Shown here piece by piece: positions 17,713 through 27,806 of a stretch of 63,159 nt of DNA. A program made the position numbers and the translations under genes. Under the pieces are notes generated by a model that worked only from the letters and a program-made list of their open reading frames with translations, did no database searches and was not told where the DNA came from. Origin of the DNA: Minisyncoccota bacterium (GTDB taxonomy: Bacteria > Patescibacteriota > Minisyncoccia > Phycocordibacterales > UBA1550); the NCBI GenBank assembly GCA_041660105.1, contig JBAZWZ010000005.1:1-63159 (forward strand), read 5' to 3'. Numbering within the stretch: position 1 is the first letter of the stretch; every line of letters begins with the position of its first letter.

Positions 17713-20700
17713 CTAGTTATTTGTGATAACTGATGTATCTGTTGGGTAGTTGTAGATGAGTGTTCCTGTGATGTTGCTTACACCACCATCAACATCGTTC
17801 CAAAGGAGGAGATTTGCGGCGCCAAGTTTGGTTGATACTGAAGTTGTGTTAACAGCACCTGACACATCGGTAGCTGTACCGTAGATTCTGAAGGTCTTTG
17901 AAGTTCCTGCAGAAATAGTGTAGCCAGTTCCGAGTGTGATTGTTGTTGTTGCAGTTCCGCCAGCTGACATAGTGAAGTTACCGTTTGTACTGGTAATTGT
18001 AGTACCATCGGTTCCCTTTACTGTGAATGCTGCTGTTCCTGAAGCAACTCTTGTAACACCAGTTGATGTCATACTAATTGGCAAGTCAACAAGCTTCAAA
18101 GCACCATTTGCATCAGCTGCAACGGTAATCTCAGCAAGTTTTACAAGACCATTAATAAGTGAATCAGATGAGTCAGCAATAGTTACGGTTGGCTTTGTTG
18201 CAACCATAGTCAACGTGTTAGAAGGAACAGCGAGGAACGAAATGTTACCCGTGCCGAACGCTGCTGTCGTCGTTGCCCAAAGTACTGTTACTGAAGTTGC
18301 ACTTGCAACTGCGGTAATTGTACCGAGTCCACCTACCAACGTAGCAGGTGATGATGTCGCTCCAACAGTAGAGAGTACCATTCCAACCTTTGCTGGAGTT
18401 GCCCCTGCTACAATTGTAAGCGCAGACTCAGCACCAGCTACTGGTGTTGTACCAGAAGGATCTGTTGCAAACGTCTGAGCACTACCAACTGGAGTTGATG
18501 TTGTTACACCACCAATTGTGTACTTCATAAACGTAAGGTTCAAGATAGCTGTCGTATTTGACAAGATACCGTTTGTACCTACTGTTGACAATGAAGCCTG
18601 TACAACTACATTCGCACCACCAGCACCTGCAGGAATAACTACTGCAAGACCTGTGAGGTGTGCAACGTTATTCACTACTGGAGCACATACACCACCTACA
18701 CATACCTGTGTAACTGGAGTTGATGTTGCTGCGATTGTACCACCAGAAACGAGGAACTTAAGTTCTGAGATGGTTGCTGTACCGTTCGTAGCAACAAAGT
18801 TGTATGAAGCGGCTGAAAGATTCTGTGATCCTCCAACAACGAACTGCGCAGACAATGAAGCTGGAGATGGGTTGAGGGTAGGAGCAGCAGAAACTGAACC
18901 TGTCAAAACTGTAAGTGTCTGACCGTTAGTTGCTGAAGCAGGAGTCAATGTAGCATTTGAACTTGCACCTACAGCTGTAGGGCGAAGTGTTGATGTGTAT
19001 GTACTCGAACTTGTTGCAGCACCGAGATCAGCCATAATGTCAATCGTCTTCGTCTGCCCTGGAGCAAGAGTGAAGTTAACTGAGAAGTTGTTTGCAGCTG
19101 AAGGATTGATAGGTGTTGCACCTGATCCTGAAGTCTCTGTTGTACGCAAGTTACTCAAGTTTGTAAGAACGCCAGTTGTCGTAAGAGCAACTGCGAGGTT
19201 CGTAATACGAACGCCTTCTGACGCGCTTGGGTTTGAAAGAATGTATGAACCCAACTTAACGTTTGATGTGTTTGGGTTAACAGTCTGTGCACCTGAGTAC
19301 CCAGCTGACTGAGCAACACTAAGTGAACCTGCAGCAATAGTCAAAGAATTACCAGTAACTGCTGCTGTAGGAACGTTCACCATAGAAGATGAATTCTGTC
19401 CTTGACCATTAGATGCTCCAATAATCAAGTTTGCGCTCACTGTACCATCAGTGTAGTTTGCAGCACCAGTTCCCTGGAGGTCTGCACGTACTTCAAGAGT
19501 TGCAGTCTGTCCAGCCGCCAAGATCATTGATGATCCGAGGTTGAATGCAGTATCCACTCCTGAAAGGATGTTAGATACACTTGAACCAACCTGTGCTCCA
19601 TTGTAGAAGAGCGCAACGTTGTTAACACCTGTAGCAGCAACAGCTGACTGTCCTGCAAGGATAGGCTCAATAGTAATTGTACTTACCTTGATATCCTCCC
19701 CGTACGCCTTAACAGAGAACTTTGCAATCGTTGCACCTGTTGATCCACTCGTTACGGTTGTAAGACCGTTGAATGTAGTATCAACAGTTGTTGAAACTGA
19801 ACCTACGTTAATAGTGATAGTTCCAGCGCTTGCAAGAGTCGATGAAAATGACGGTGCAGCGTGTGTACCGCCAGTTCTCATTGAAACATTCACGCCGAGC
19901 TGTGAATCCATAACGATGAGGTCAGCTGTGTTCTGAAGAGAAAGCTGAACTGTACGGTTTGAACCCTTTACAACATCAGCACGTACTTCTACGGTTGCTG
20001 AACCAGTGTTCAATGTTACAGGAGATGAAGCAAAGTCAAACGAGATAATCTGCGTTGAAGCATTTACTACTCCGTTTGAACCTACTGCTGTACCGTTAAC
20101 ATAGAGCTTGATGTTTGCAAGTGCATCTGATGGCGCTGAGCCGATGTACTTGAAGTTCGCACCCTTAAGTGATACGGCACGTGTTGATACCGTTACTGGA
20201 GCTGACCAGAATGAGTATCCAAGTGTACCTGCATCTACGTTTGCAGTCGCAACAGTCTGTGTTCCAACAAGAACATCAGCGAAAGTAGCTGAAGCAACGG
20301 TCATAATGTTGCCTGAGATACTTGCTGTTGTTGCTGCTGAAGAACCAGTTGTTGTGAAGCTTGTGAGCTGTACACCAACGAGCTGTCCCTGTGTATCAGC
20401 AAGAATATCAGCTTTCACTGAAAGTGTTACTGAACCAGAAACTGCAAGACTAAGACCGCTGAAGATGACTCCACCTGTGGTGTTCACCGAAGCGCCATCA
20501 GATACGCGCGTATTCCCCTGATAGAGGTATACGTTTGAAAGTGTGGTGTTTGATGAAATACCAATACGCTGGAACTCAACGCGAGAAATCGTACCATTAC
20601 CTGTGAAGGTGAAGTGTGCGAGATCAGCAGTTGCCTGACCAGCTACAACAGCTGATGCTGCAGGATTGTCCTGAGCGAGAGCAGCGGTAACAGGACCTGA

Positions 20701-21174
20701 CTGTGTAGTCGTGGTCACTGGTGTTGTTGTAGTTGTTGTTCCACATGCCTGAGCCGTCAATGGGCTAAATGCATAACCAGGAAGACAACCTGGGATTGTT
20801 GATGTGGTTGTCGTAACTGTGCCACCCATGGTGTTCAACTTTGCACGTGTAAGTGCACCTACGAAACCTGTTCCTGAAGTAAGACCAGCTGGTGTAAGAA
20901 CCTCTGATGCATACTTGTTCTGGAACTTGATAACTGCAGCTTTCGTTGCAGCACCGAAATAAGTAGTCTCTGATCCAGGAGCACCTGCACCTGAAACTGA
21001 AACCTGAGTTGCGGCGTCTGAGTTCAAGACAACCTGAAGTGCCTGAACATCAGCACCTGTGCTACCCTGCTTCAAGTTTGCTGAAAATGTGTACGCTGAT
21101 GCTGTCGTTGCGATAGCAAATGCGGCCACAAACAAACCTGCAACAATGGCAGACTTTGATGTGAATTTATTCAT
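17713..21174 (-). CDS. S-layer-like surface protein with an N-terminal peptidoglycan-binding domain
   Basis: 1153 aa. It has a signal peptide and a PG_binding_1-like block (LKQGSTGADVQALQVVLN...YFGAATKAAVIKFQNKY). A poly-Thr linker follows, then about 1000 aa of T/S/A/G/V-rich beta repeats. Confidence 0.8.
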   Translation of the reverse strand: MNKFTSKSAIVAGLFVAAFAIATTASAYTFSANLKQGSTGADVQALQVVLNSDAATQVSVSGAGAPGSETTYFGAATKAAVIKFQNKYASEVLTPAGLTSGTGFVGALTRAKLNTMGGTVTTTTSTIPGCLPGYAFSPLTAQACGTTTTTTPVTTTTQSGPVTAALAQDNPAASAVVAGQATADLAHFTFTGNGTISRVEFQRIGISSNTTLSNVYLYQGNTRVSDGASVNTTGGVIFSGLSLAVSGSVTLSVKADILADTQGQLVGVQLTSFTTTGSSAATTASISGNIMTVASATFADVLVGTQTVATANVDAGTLGYSFWSAPVTVSTRAVSLKGANFKYIGSAPSDALANIKLYVNGTAVGSNGVVNASTQIISFDFASSPVTLNTGSATVEVRADVVKGSNRTVQLSLQNTADLIVMDSQLGVNVSMRTGGTHAAPSFSSTLASAGTITINVGSVSTTVDTTFNGLTTVTSGSTGATIAKFSVKAYGEDIKVSTITIEPILAGQSAVAATGVNNVALFYNGAQVGSSVSNILSGVDTAFNLGSSMILAAGQTATLEVRADLQGTGAANYTDGTVSANLIIGASNGQGQNSSSMVNVPTAAVTGNSLTIAAGSLSVAQSAGYSGAQTVNPNTSNVKLGSYILSNPSASEGVRITNLAVALTTTGVLTNLSNLRTTETSGSGATPINPSAANNFSVNFTLAPGQTKTIDIMADLGAATSSSTYTSTLRPTAVGASSNATLTPASATNGQTLTVLTGSVSAAPTLNPSPASLSAQFVVGGSQNLSAASYNFVATNGTATISELKFLVSGGTIAATSTPVTQVCVGGVCAPVVNNVAHLTGLAVVIPAGAGGANVVVQASLSTVGTNGILSNTTAILNLTFMKYTIGGVTTSTPVGSAQTFATDPSGTTPVAGAESALTIVAGATPAKVGMVLSTVGATSSPATLVGGLGTITAVASATSVTVLWATTTAAFGTGNISFLAVPSNTLTMVATKPTVTIADSSDSLINGLVKLAEITVAADANGALKLVDLPISMTSTGVTRVASGTAAFTVKGTDGTTITSTNGNFTMSAGGTATTTITLGTGYTISAGTSKTFRIYGTATDVSGAVNTTSVSTKLGAANLLLWNDVDGGVSNITGTLIYNYPTDTSVITNN

Positions 21175-21823
21175 AAATATTAATTACAATGTTTTGATTG
21201 CGTGCGAGGTCGCGAGGGTTAATAGTTCGCTCGCTCGTCGCTTGTCAAAACAGATACGTTTCTAATAGCACGGTGTGATGATTTTATTCATCGCACTTTT
21301 TGTTACTGTCGTTTTATCGGTCATGCGGTAGTGCTTCGACCCGCACGGGTCGAAGTCATAGAAATTTGCTTTGCAAATACAACTGACAACTGACGGGGAT
21401 GCAAATGCAAGCAAACAATGAGAACATACCTAATTTGTGAGATATGTTTTCTATGCAAGACCCGCTGCATTCAGCATTGAATATCGAATGTTGAATTTTG
21501 AATTTTGAATTTTGAATCTGGGATACAGAACTCAAACTCATCAATCGAGATGTATGTCTTTGCGAGCGAAGCGAAGCAATCTAGAATCAAAATATAAATA
21601 CTGGATTGCTTCGTCGAGTACTCCTCGCAAAGACGGGGCATCAGCACTTCAGTGCTCAATGCAACGGATCTAGTTTTCAATGACTTCACCCCGGTGCGTG
21701 CAATCTATCGTAAGCCGGGAATTTCTCTTTGAAGATATTGCAGTGATGCAAATTAAACAAGATGCGCCACTACTATACCTAAATTCAGCGCGTGGATAAT
21801 CTCCACTCACTGAACTTATATTC

Positions 21824-21852
21824 ATTATATACAGTACTCGTTAAACGTGCAA
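21824..21852 (-). promoter_or_regulatory. strong promoter about 640 nt upstream of the surface-protein ATG
   Basis: Minus strand reads TTGCAC (21847-21852), a 17-nt spacer, then TATAAT (21824-21829). A GTTATCCACA box (21864-21873) lies 11 nt upstream of the -35. Confidence 0.6.
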
Positions 21853-21863
21853 AGTATACAAAG

Positions 21864-21873
21864 TGTGGATAAC
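21864..21873 (-). promoter_or_regulatory. GTTATCCACA box
   Basis: Perfect 10-mer. A 9/10 copy (ATTATCCACG) is at 21791-21800, and TTCCACACA lies at about 21921-21929. Confidence 0.5.
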
Positions 21874-21981
21874 TTGTGAACAGCCTTTTACTTGCGTATT
21901 AAGCTAGAAACAGTGCTATTCCACACAGGTATAGGATAGCAAAAAATGGGGGGAAAAGCAATGAAACGAGCATTGCGTAAT

Positions 21982-22030
21982 ACAACAAAGGACCGCCCTT
22001 TGCTGGTGCATAAGGGCGGTCCTTTGTTGT
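21982..22030 (-). terminator. terminator built from an inverted pair of the REP-variant 19-mer
   Basis: ACAACAAAGGACCGCCCTT-(11 nt)-AAGGGCGGTCCTTTGTTGT, immediately after the stop of CDS 22032-22904. Confidence 0.75.
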
Positions 22031-22031
22031 G

Positions 22032-22904
22032 TTACATTAGGGTGTATTTACTCCATCTTCGCTCTCCAAATTTCTTAAGGACATTGGACTCGACGAGGGT
22101 CACGAGTTCACGCTGAATCGTCTTCTCGGACAGGTCTGGGAAGTGGTTTGCAATGTCCTTTATGGTTACCTCTCTATTGTCCTTTACGAGTTTTAAAATG
22201 CGTGCGCGCCTGCCTTCTTTTTGAATATCTGTGAGGGCACGGGCGGGGGCAGAATTTTGAATATTGAATTTGGGATTTGGAATGGGTGCGGGGGTGGTGG
22301 TTTTGTGTCCGATAGAATGTCCTTTAGAAAGTGCTCGGGGTTGCATATCTGACATACTGGATTGCTTCGGTCGCGCTTCAATCGACACTGCGCGACGTGA
22401 TTTTGCTAAATCAGCAATGACGGGACGGGATACGGGGGTGGAAATATTTTCTTCTTGATGAAATGCGGAGCCAAAAAAGTTATCCCCAAGTACGTTATCG
22501 GTGCGTGATTCACGAGACGCTTTTTTGATCTCAATCGTGTCTCGAAGTGATGCGTATTCCCTCTTCAAAATAGTGAAGTTCATTTCAGAAACGAGACCCG
22601 CTACGAACGCGAGCTCGAGCAAAGAAAGTGTCTCGAGAATATTGGAACGGAGCGCTTCAAGGACATTGGCTTCAACTCCATAGCTACCGTTCTTAAGGAC
22701 AGAAGCGTCTCGGACAAAGTCGAGAGAGAGTGCACGGAGTCGGGACTTCATCGGCTCAGTGTCCGATAGAAAATTAGTAACGAGATATATAGCTGTCGCT
22801 AGGCGTTCGCATTTCTTCGGCAACATAATACTGAACGCTCCTGTACTGTTTGCCTGTCTATGAGACATTACGTTTCCTTGGTTGTTGTTGTTTTTGTAGT
22901 CCAT
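22032..22904 (-). CDS. hypothetical regulator with a C-terminal DeoR-like winged HTH
   Basis: 290 aa. The C-terminus reads ILKLVKDNREVTIKDIANHFPDLSEKTIQRELVTLVESNVLKKFGERRWSKY. The middle is low-complexity and is encoded partly by dispersed repeat motifs (IPNPKFNIQNS). Confidence 0.65.
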   Translation of the reverse strand: MDYKNNNNQGNVMSHRQANSTGAFSIMLPKKCERLATAIYLVTNFLSDTEPMKSRLRALSLDFVRDASVLKNGSYGVEANVLEALRSNILETLSLLELAFVAGLVSEMNFTILKREYASLRDTIEIKKASRESRTDNVLGDNFFGSAFHQEENISTPVSRPVIADLAKSRRAVSIEARPKQSSMSDMQPRALSKGHSIGHKTTTPAPIPNPKFNIQNSAPARALTDIQKEGRRARILKLVKDNREVTIKDIANHFPDLSEKTIQRELVTLVESNVLKKFGERRWSKYTLM

Positions 22905-23101
22905 ATTTATGTCCTTTAAGTGTCCTTTATGTAATTACTCTGAAGTATTTATGTACTATATCGGACAATGGATAAAAGTCAAAGGGAGGGGGAACAACTG
23001 ACATCTGACCACTGACAACTGACAGGGTGCTGGATTGCTTCGTTCCTCGCAAAGACGGATGCAACGTAACGGTTTTTCTGATATTATAGACGAACATTAC
23101 T

Positions 23102-25414
23102 ATGGCAAAAAAAGAAATAAAGGGACGCAAGAATACAGCAACGAAGATTACTAAGAAAGTTGAGAAGGTTTCGATAGATGGACCGTCGTGGTGGAGTGAA
23201 GTGTCGCTCTTTGGTGGGCTCTCTGATGAGATTCGTCACAGTGTTATCGCGATACTCTTTTTTGTTTTTGGTGTCTTCTTTTCTGTCGCTCCGTGGGGAT
23301 ATGCGGGGATGCTCGGACAGTCGGTATATGGTGGCTTCGAATACCTCCTCGGCGTCGGATATTTCACACTCCCTCTTCTCCTCTTTCTGCTTGGCATTTC
23401 TTTCTTCCGTGAGTCACGTCCCAACATCGCCGTGACCACGAGTATCGGCGCATTTCTTTTTCTTTTTTCTACGCTCGGACTCGTGAATATTTTTTCAGGA
23501 AGCACTACTTCTGTAGCGCCAATCTTTGATGCAACAGGCACCACTGATGGAGGACTTTTTGGCAGACTTATTTCCTTCCCTCTCGTCAAACTTTTTGATG
23601 TCTATATCGCGTCACTTTTTCTCTTTTCATTCCTCGCAATTTCACTTCTCATGATGTTCAACACGCGTCCAAACTTTGGCGCACTTCTTTTCTGGAGAAC
23701 GAGGACAGACGCGGACGATGAGGAGGAACAAGAAGAACAGGGGGAACTAGGGGGAACAGAGGAAACGAAACAAGATGCAGAACCCATTAAAGAAGTAAGG
23801 GAGGAACAACCTTCGAAGCTCTCACAAATAGTAGCAAAAATTAAAGAGAAAAAGGAAGAAATAAAAGGTGATGAGTCGGGTATCTCAATGAACCAAGTGA
23901 TGAACACCACATATGTTCCTCCCCCACTTTCTATCCTCGAAGGTGACCGTGGCAAGCCTGGAGTCGGTGACATAAAAGCAAACTCAAACATCATCAAGCA
24001 TACCCTCGCACAGTACGGCATCACCGTGGAGATGGATGAGATTTCCATCGGGCCATCGGTCACACGATACGCTCTCAAACCTGCTGAAGGTGTGAAGCTC
24101 GCACGCATCGTCGGACTCCAGAGTGAGCTCTCTTATGCACTCGCTGCGCACCCCATCCGTATCGAAGCACCGATCCCTGGACAGTCACTTGTGGGCATCG
24201 AAGTCCCCAACTCGACAAAGACTGTCGTCGGTCTCAAAACACTTTTTTCTGCAGATGAATTTCAAGAGTCTCCAAAGCCACTTCTCGTTGCTCTCGGACG
24301 CGGTGTTTCGGGTAAGCTCTACTATGCTGACCTCGCGAAGATGCCTCACGTGCTCATCGCAGGTGCAACTGGCTCAGGTAAGTCGGTGACCATTCACGCG
24401 GTCTTGAACTCCCTCCTCTATAGGAATGGACCTGAGGCGCTCCGTCTCATTATGATCGACCCAAAGCGCGTCGAGCTCACCCTCTACAACAAGATCCCTC
24501 ACCTTCTCACTCCCGTCATCACTGATGCTAAGAAAGCCATCCTCGCACTCAAGTGGGCAGCGAAGGAAATGGATCGTCGCTACAACATCCTTGAAGCTGA
24601 GTCCGTGCGCGACATCGGTTCGTATCACAAGAATATTGTTGAGCCCGCACTCAAGGCCGCAGAGAAAGCAAAGAAGGCTGGCAAAGAAGTCGAGGCTGCT
24701 TCTCTTCCTGAACGTATGCCGTACATTGTTATCATCCTCGATGAACTCGCGGACATTATGCAGACATATCCACGTGAGCTCGAAAGCGCCATCGTACGTC
24801 TCGCACAGATGAGCCGTGCGGTCGGTATCCACCTCATCCTCTCGACACAGCGTCCATCGGTGAATGTTATTACGGGTCTCATCAAGGCAAACGTGCCTGC
24901 GCGTGTGGCACTCCAAGTGTCTTCACAGATTGACTCACGCACTATCCTTGATGCATCGGGCGCAGAAAAGCTCCTTGGTGCGGGCGATATGCTCTATATA
25001 TCTGGGGAAATGTCGAAGCCAACGCGTATTCAGTCGGCATTTATGTCAGAGGCTGAAGTGAAGGCCGTCGTGAAGTACTTGGTAAACCTCCCTACTGACG
25101 GTATTCCTGACAATGATGAGATTAATCTCTCAAGTGGAAGCATTAGCAATGAGAAGGATTCTATCTTTAGTTCATCGTTTGATGAGGACGAGAGTGGCGA
25201 TGATGACGACGCACTCTATGAAGACGCACGCGCAATCGTGATTGAGGCAGGAAAAGCGTCGACTTCATACCTCCAGAGACGCCTCAAGGTCGGCTACGCA
25301 CGTGCTGCGCGCCTTATGGATATGCTCGAGGACCGCAGTGTTATCGGTCCGGGCGATGGGGCGAAACCGCGCCAAGTTATTGAACAGCCTGGCGGGGGTA
25401 CAATTGACGATTAA
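23102..25414 (+). CDS. ftsK: DNA translocase FtsK/SpoIIIE
   Basis: N-terminal TM helices, an acidic linker, Walker A (GATGSGKS), DEL Walker B (IILDELAD) and a gamma-domain wHTH (STSYLQRRLKVGYARAARLMDMLE). Confidence 0.95.
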   Translation: MAKKEIKGRKNTATKITKKVEKVSIDGPSWWSEVSLFGGLSDEIRHSVIAILFFVFGVFFSVAPWGYAGMLGQSVYGGFEYLLGVGYFTLPLLLFLLGISFFRESRPNIAVTTSIGAFLFLFSTLGLVNIFSGSTTSVAPIFDATGTTDGGLFGRLISFPLVKLFDVYIASLFLFSFLAISLLMMFNTRPNFGALLFWRTRTDADDEEEQEEQGELGGTEETKQDAEPIKEVREEQPSKLSQIVAKIKEKKEEIKGDESGISMNQVMNTTYVPPPLSILEGDRGKPGVGDIKANSNIIKHTLAQYGITVEMDEISIGPSVTRYALKPAEGVKLARIVGLQSELSYALAAHPIRIEAPIPGQSLVGIEVPNSTKTVVGLKTLFSADEFQESPKPLLVALGRGVSGKLYYADLAKMPHVLIAGATGSGKSVTIHAVLNSLLYRNGPEALRLIMIDPKRVELTLYNKIPHLLTPVITDAKKAILALKWAAKEMDRRYNILEAESVRDIGSYHKNIVEPALKAAEKAKKAGKEVEAASLPERMPYIVIILDELADIMQTYPRELESAIVRLAQMSRAVGIHLILSTQRPSVNVITGLIKANVPARVALQVSSQIDSRTILDASGAEKLLGAGDMLYISGEMSKPTRIQSAFMSEAEVKAVVKYLVNLPTDGIPDNDEINLSSGSISNEKDSIFSSSFDEDESGDDDDALYEDARAIVIEAGKASTSYLQRRLKVGYARAARLMDMLEDRSVIGPGDGAKPRQVIEQPGGGTIDD

Positions 25415-25439
25415 CTCCGCCTCCGCGGACATGTGACAC

Positions 25440-25470
25440 GGGAGGATTTTCGCTTCGCGAAAATCCTCCC
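25440..25470 (+). terminator. ftsK terminator hairpin
   Basis: GGGAGGATTTTCGC-ttc-GCGAAAATCCTCCC. The T-run is weak. Confidence 0.6.
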
Positions 25471-25506
25471 GTCAATTGTCAAATGTTAAATGTTTCCTAA
25501 ATTATT

Positions 25507-25857
25507 ATGGAAGGTCGTAAAATACTAAAATTAACACTTGCGGGGCTCGGAGTCGCTGTGGTTATCGGCTACTCGTGCTTTGTGTTGTATGACTTCGTTC
25601 GTGGCCCGAGAATCATCATCGACTCCCCTCTCAGTGGATTTTCAACTACCACGCCTATGATTTCCATTATTGGCCGCGTCGTCCACACCAACAACGTCAC
25701 CATCAATGACAACCAAACTGCCGTCGACCTCACAGGAAACTTCAATACTCGATTGATACTCGCTCCTGGTTATAATATAATTAAAGTTACCGCGAAAGAT
25801 AGTTACGGAAGAGTTGAGAATAAAACGATAGAGACGGTGCTTACGGGGGACAACTAA
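25507..25857 (+). CDS. hypothetical membrane-anchored protein
   Basis: 116 aa with one N-terminal TM helix and a beta-rich ectodomain. Confidence 0.55.
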   Translation: MEGRKILKLTLAGLGVAVVIGYSCFVLYDFVRGPRIIIDSPLSGFSTTTPMISIIGRVVHTNNVTINDNQTAVDLTGNFNTRLILAPGYNIIKVTAKDSYGRVENKTIETVLTGDN

Positions 25858-25957
25858 CAACTGACACCGCTTCGCGGACAACTGACGAGGATGCGACAAC
25901 AGGTGCGACGACTACATCAAGTTTCTAAATTAATAATTATTTTAATATTTTAAAATT

Positions 25958-26983
25958 ATGGTTCTTGTAAAAAAGGCGGTGAAAGTGAAAAAGGAAAATG
26001 GTGGAAACATCGAGGACACACTCAAAGCTATCCAGGCGAAGTTTGGCGAGGGCTCTATTATGAAGCTCGGCGACAAGCCAAAAGTTGGCGTGGACGCTAT
26101 CTCAACCGGCTCAATCGGGCTCGACTACGCACTCGGAGTTGGCGGCCTCCCCCGCGGTCGTATCATTGAGATCTTTGGACCAGAGTCTTCCGGAAAAACT
26201 ACACTCACCCTCCACGTGGTTGCTGAAGCGCAGAAGCTTGGTGGCATCTGTGGTTTCATCGATGCAGAGCACGCAATGGACCCTGAATACGCAAAGAAGC
26301 TCGGGGTAAACATTGATGAGCTCCTCATCTCCCAGCCAGACAACGGTGAGCAAGCGCTCGAAATCGTCGAGAGCCTCGTGCGCTCGGGCAAAATGGACGT
26401 TATCGTCATCGACTCTGTGGCAGCACTGACACCAAAGGATGAAATCGAGGGCGATATGGGCGCGCATCACGTCGGCAAGCAGGCACGCCTCATGTCACAA
26501 GCACTCCGCAAGCTCACCGCTATCGTCGCTAATTCAAAAACAATCGTTATTTTCATCAATCAAATCCGTATGCAAATCGGTGTGATGTTTGGTAATCCTG
26601 AGACAACGCCAGGAGGTAAGGCGCTTAAGTTCTACACATCAGTGCGTCTTGATATTCGTCGCATCGCGCAAATTAAAAAAGGTGACGAAGTTGTGGGCAG
26701 TCGCACACGCGTGAAGGTCATCAAGAATAAGGTGGCTGCACCATTTAAACAAGCGGAGTTTGACCTTATGCACGGACATGGGATCTCACAGGAAGGAGAA
26801 ATCCTCGGGCTCGGAGAAAAGTTTGAGATTCTTCAGAAGTCGGGCTCTTCGTATTCATATGGCGATGTTAAAATCGGTCGTGGCTATGATTCTGCGTGCG
26901 TCTTCCTCGCCGACAAAGAGAACAAAGCAATCCGCGCTTCCCTCTTGAAAGAAATCCGTGCACAACTAAAAGAGACAGAGTAG
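25958..26983 (+). CDS. recA: recombinase RecA
   Basis: [10 protein letters not shown] Walker A, FIDAEHA, and L1/L2 regions ([29 protein letters not shown]). Confidence 0.98.
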   Translation: MVLVKKAVKVKKENGGNIEDTLKAIQAKFGEGSIMKLGDKPKVGVDAISTGSIGLDYALGVGGLPRGRIIEIFGPESSGKTTLTLHVVAEAQKLGGICGFIDAEHAMDPEYAKKLGVNIDELLISQPDNGEQALEIVESLVRSGKMDVIVIDSVAALTPKDEIEGDMGAHHVGKQARLMSQALRKLTAIVANSKTIVIFINQIRMQIGVMFGNPETTPGGKALKFYTSVRLDIRRIAQIKKGDEVVGSRTRVKVIKNKVAAPFKQAEFDLMHGHGISQEGEILGLGEKFEILQKSGSSYSYGDVKIGRGYDSACVFLADKENKAIRASLLKEIRAQLKETE

Positions 26984-27009
26984 CTTTTAATATAGGTATT
27001 ATTACCCAC

Positions 27010-27043
27010 CAGCCCCCGCTTTTGATGCCAAAAGCGGGGGCTG
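27010..27043 (+). terminator. recA terminator hairpin
   Basis: CAGCCCCCGCTTTT-gatgcc-AAAAGCGGGGGCTG. Confidence 0.6.
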
Positions 27044-27078
27044 AAGGTGATTGCATTTTGTTAAAAAACGAGTAAGAT

Positions 27079-27663
27079 ATGAGGATTATGGCAATTATAG
27101 ATTACAATGAAATTAAACCAGGAAAGTGTATTGTTTTAAAAGGTGAGCCTTATTTGGTTATGTCTTCGCACGTAGCTCAGAAGCAAAAGCGTCGCCCAAC
27201 CAACCAAACCAAGCTCAAGCACCTCGTTACGGGTCGTGTTGTGGAAGAAACCTTCCAGCAGTCTGACCGAGGAGTGGAGGCAGATATTGAGTCAAAGGAG
27301 CTTAAGTACCTCTACTCGGGTAAAGGTGAATCGTGGTTCTGTGATGTAAAAGACGCATCTGATAGATTTGCACTCAAGACAGAAATTCTCGATGGAAAGG
27401 AAGGCCTACTCAAGGCAAACACGATTGTAACCGCAATGCTTTTTGATGACAAAGTTATCGGTGTGAAGCTCCCTATCAAAGTTGAGCTCCTCGTAAAAGA
27501 AGCTCCGCCAGCAGTACGTGGCAACACGGTTTCAGGTGGATCAAACACCGTGACTCTCGAAACAGGTGCGACGATCCAGGTGCCAATGTTTATCCACGAA
27601 GGCGACCTCATCAGGGTGAATACAGAGACGGGTACGTATGCGGAACGCGTAGATAAAAAGTAA
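27079..27663 (+). CDS. efp: elongation factor P
   Basis: EF-P fold pattern (..GKCIVLKGEPYLV.., ..GVKLP.KVEL.V.EAPP..RGNT.., ..TGA.IQVP.FI..GD.I.V.T..G.Y..R). The start may be the ATG at 27088. The tip loop is non-canonical (see findings). Confidence 0.9.
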   Translation: MRIMAIIDYNEIKPGKCIVLKGEPYLVMSSHVAQKQKRRPTNQTKLKHLVTGRVVEETFQQSDRGVEADIESKELKYLYSGKGESWFCDVKDASDRFALKTEILDGKEGLLKANTIVTAMLFDDKVIGVKLPIKVELLVKEAPPAVRGNTVSGGSNTVTLETGATIQVPMFIHEGDLIRVNTETGTYAERVDKK

Positions 27664-27720
27664 GAGGAGAACAGGGGGAACTAAAATGCACAAAGGGAAC
27701 GAAGGTGCACACAAAGAAAC

Positions 27721-27753
27721 AAAACGCCCGGTCGCTTCGCGACCGGGCGTTTT
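27721..27753. terminator. bidirectional terminator shared by efp (+) and rpsR (-)
   Basis: AAAACGCCCGGTCGC-ttc-GCGACCGGGCGTTTT, with A- and T-runs on both sides. Confidence 0.85.
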
Positions 27754-27806
27754 GTCTATGTTTTCCTCGTTCTCTCTGGTTCTTCCTGTCCCAAGTGTTC
27801 CCTTTT

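Noticed and set aside
21700-21960. Chromosomal replication origin (oriC), suggested by two or three DnaA-box-like sites in an 850-bp AT-rich spacer
   Set aside because: There are only one perfect and two imperfect boxes here. No dnaA, dnaN or gidA neighbours are present. The same 10-mer sits upstream of four other promoters across the window, and a strong promoter reads through the region. It fits better as a regulatory box than an origin, though this is not excluded without GC-skew data.
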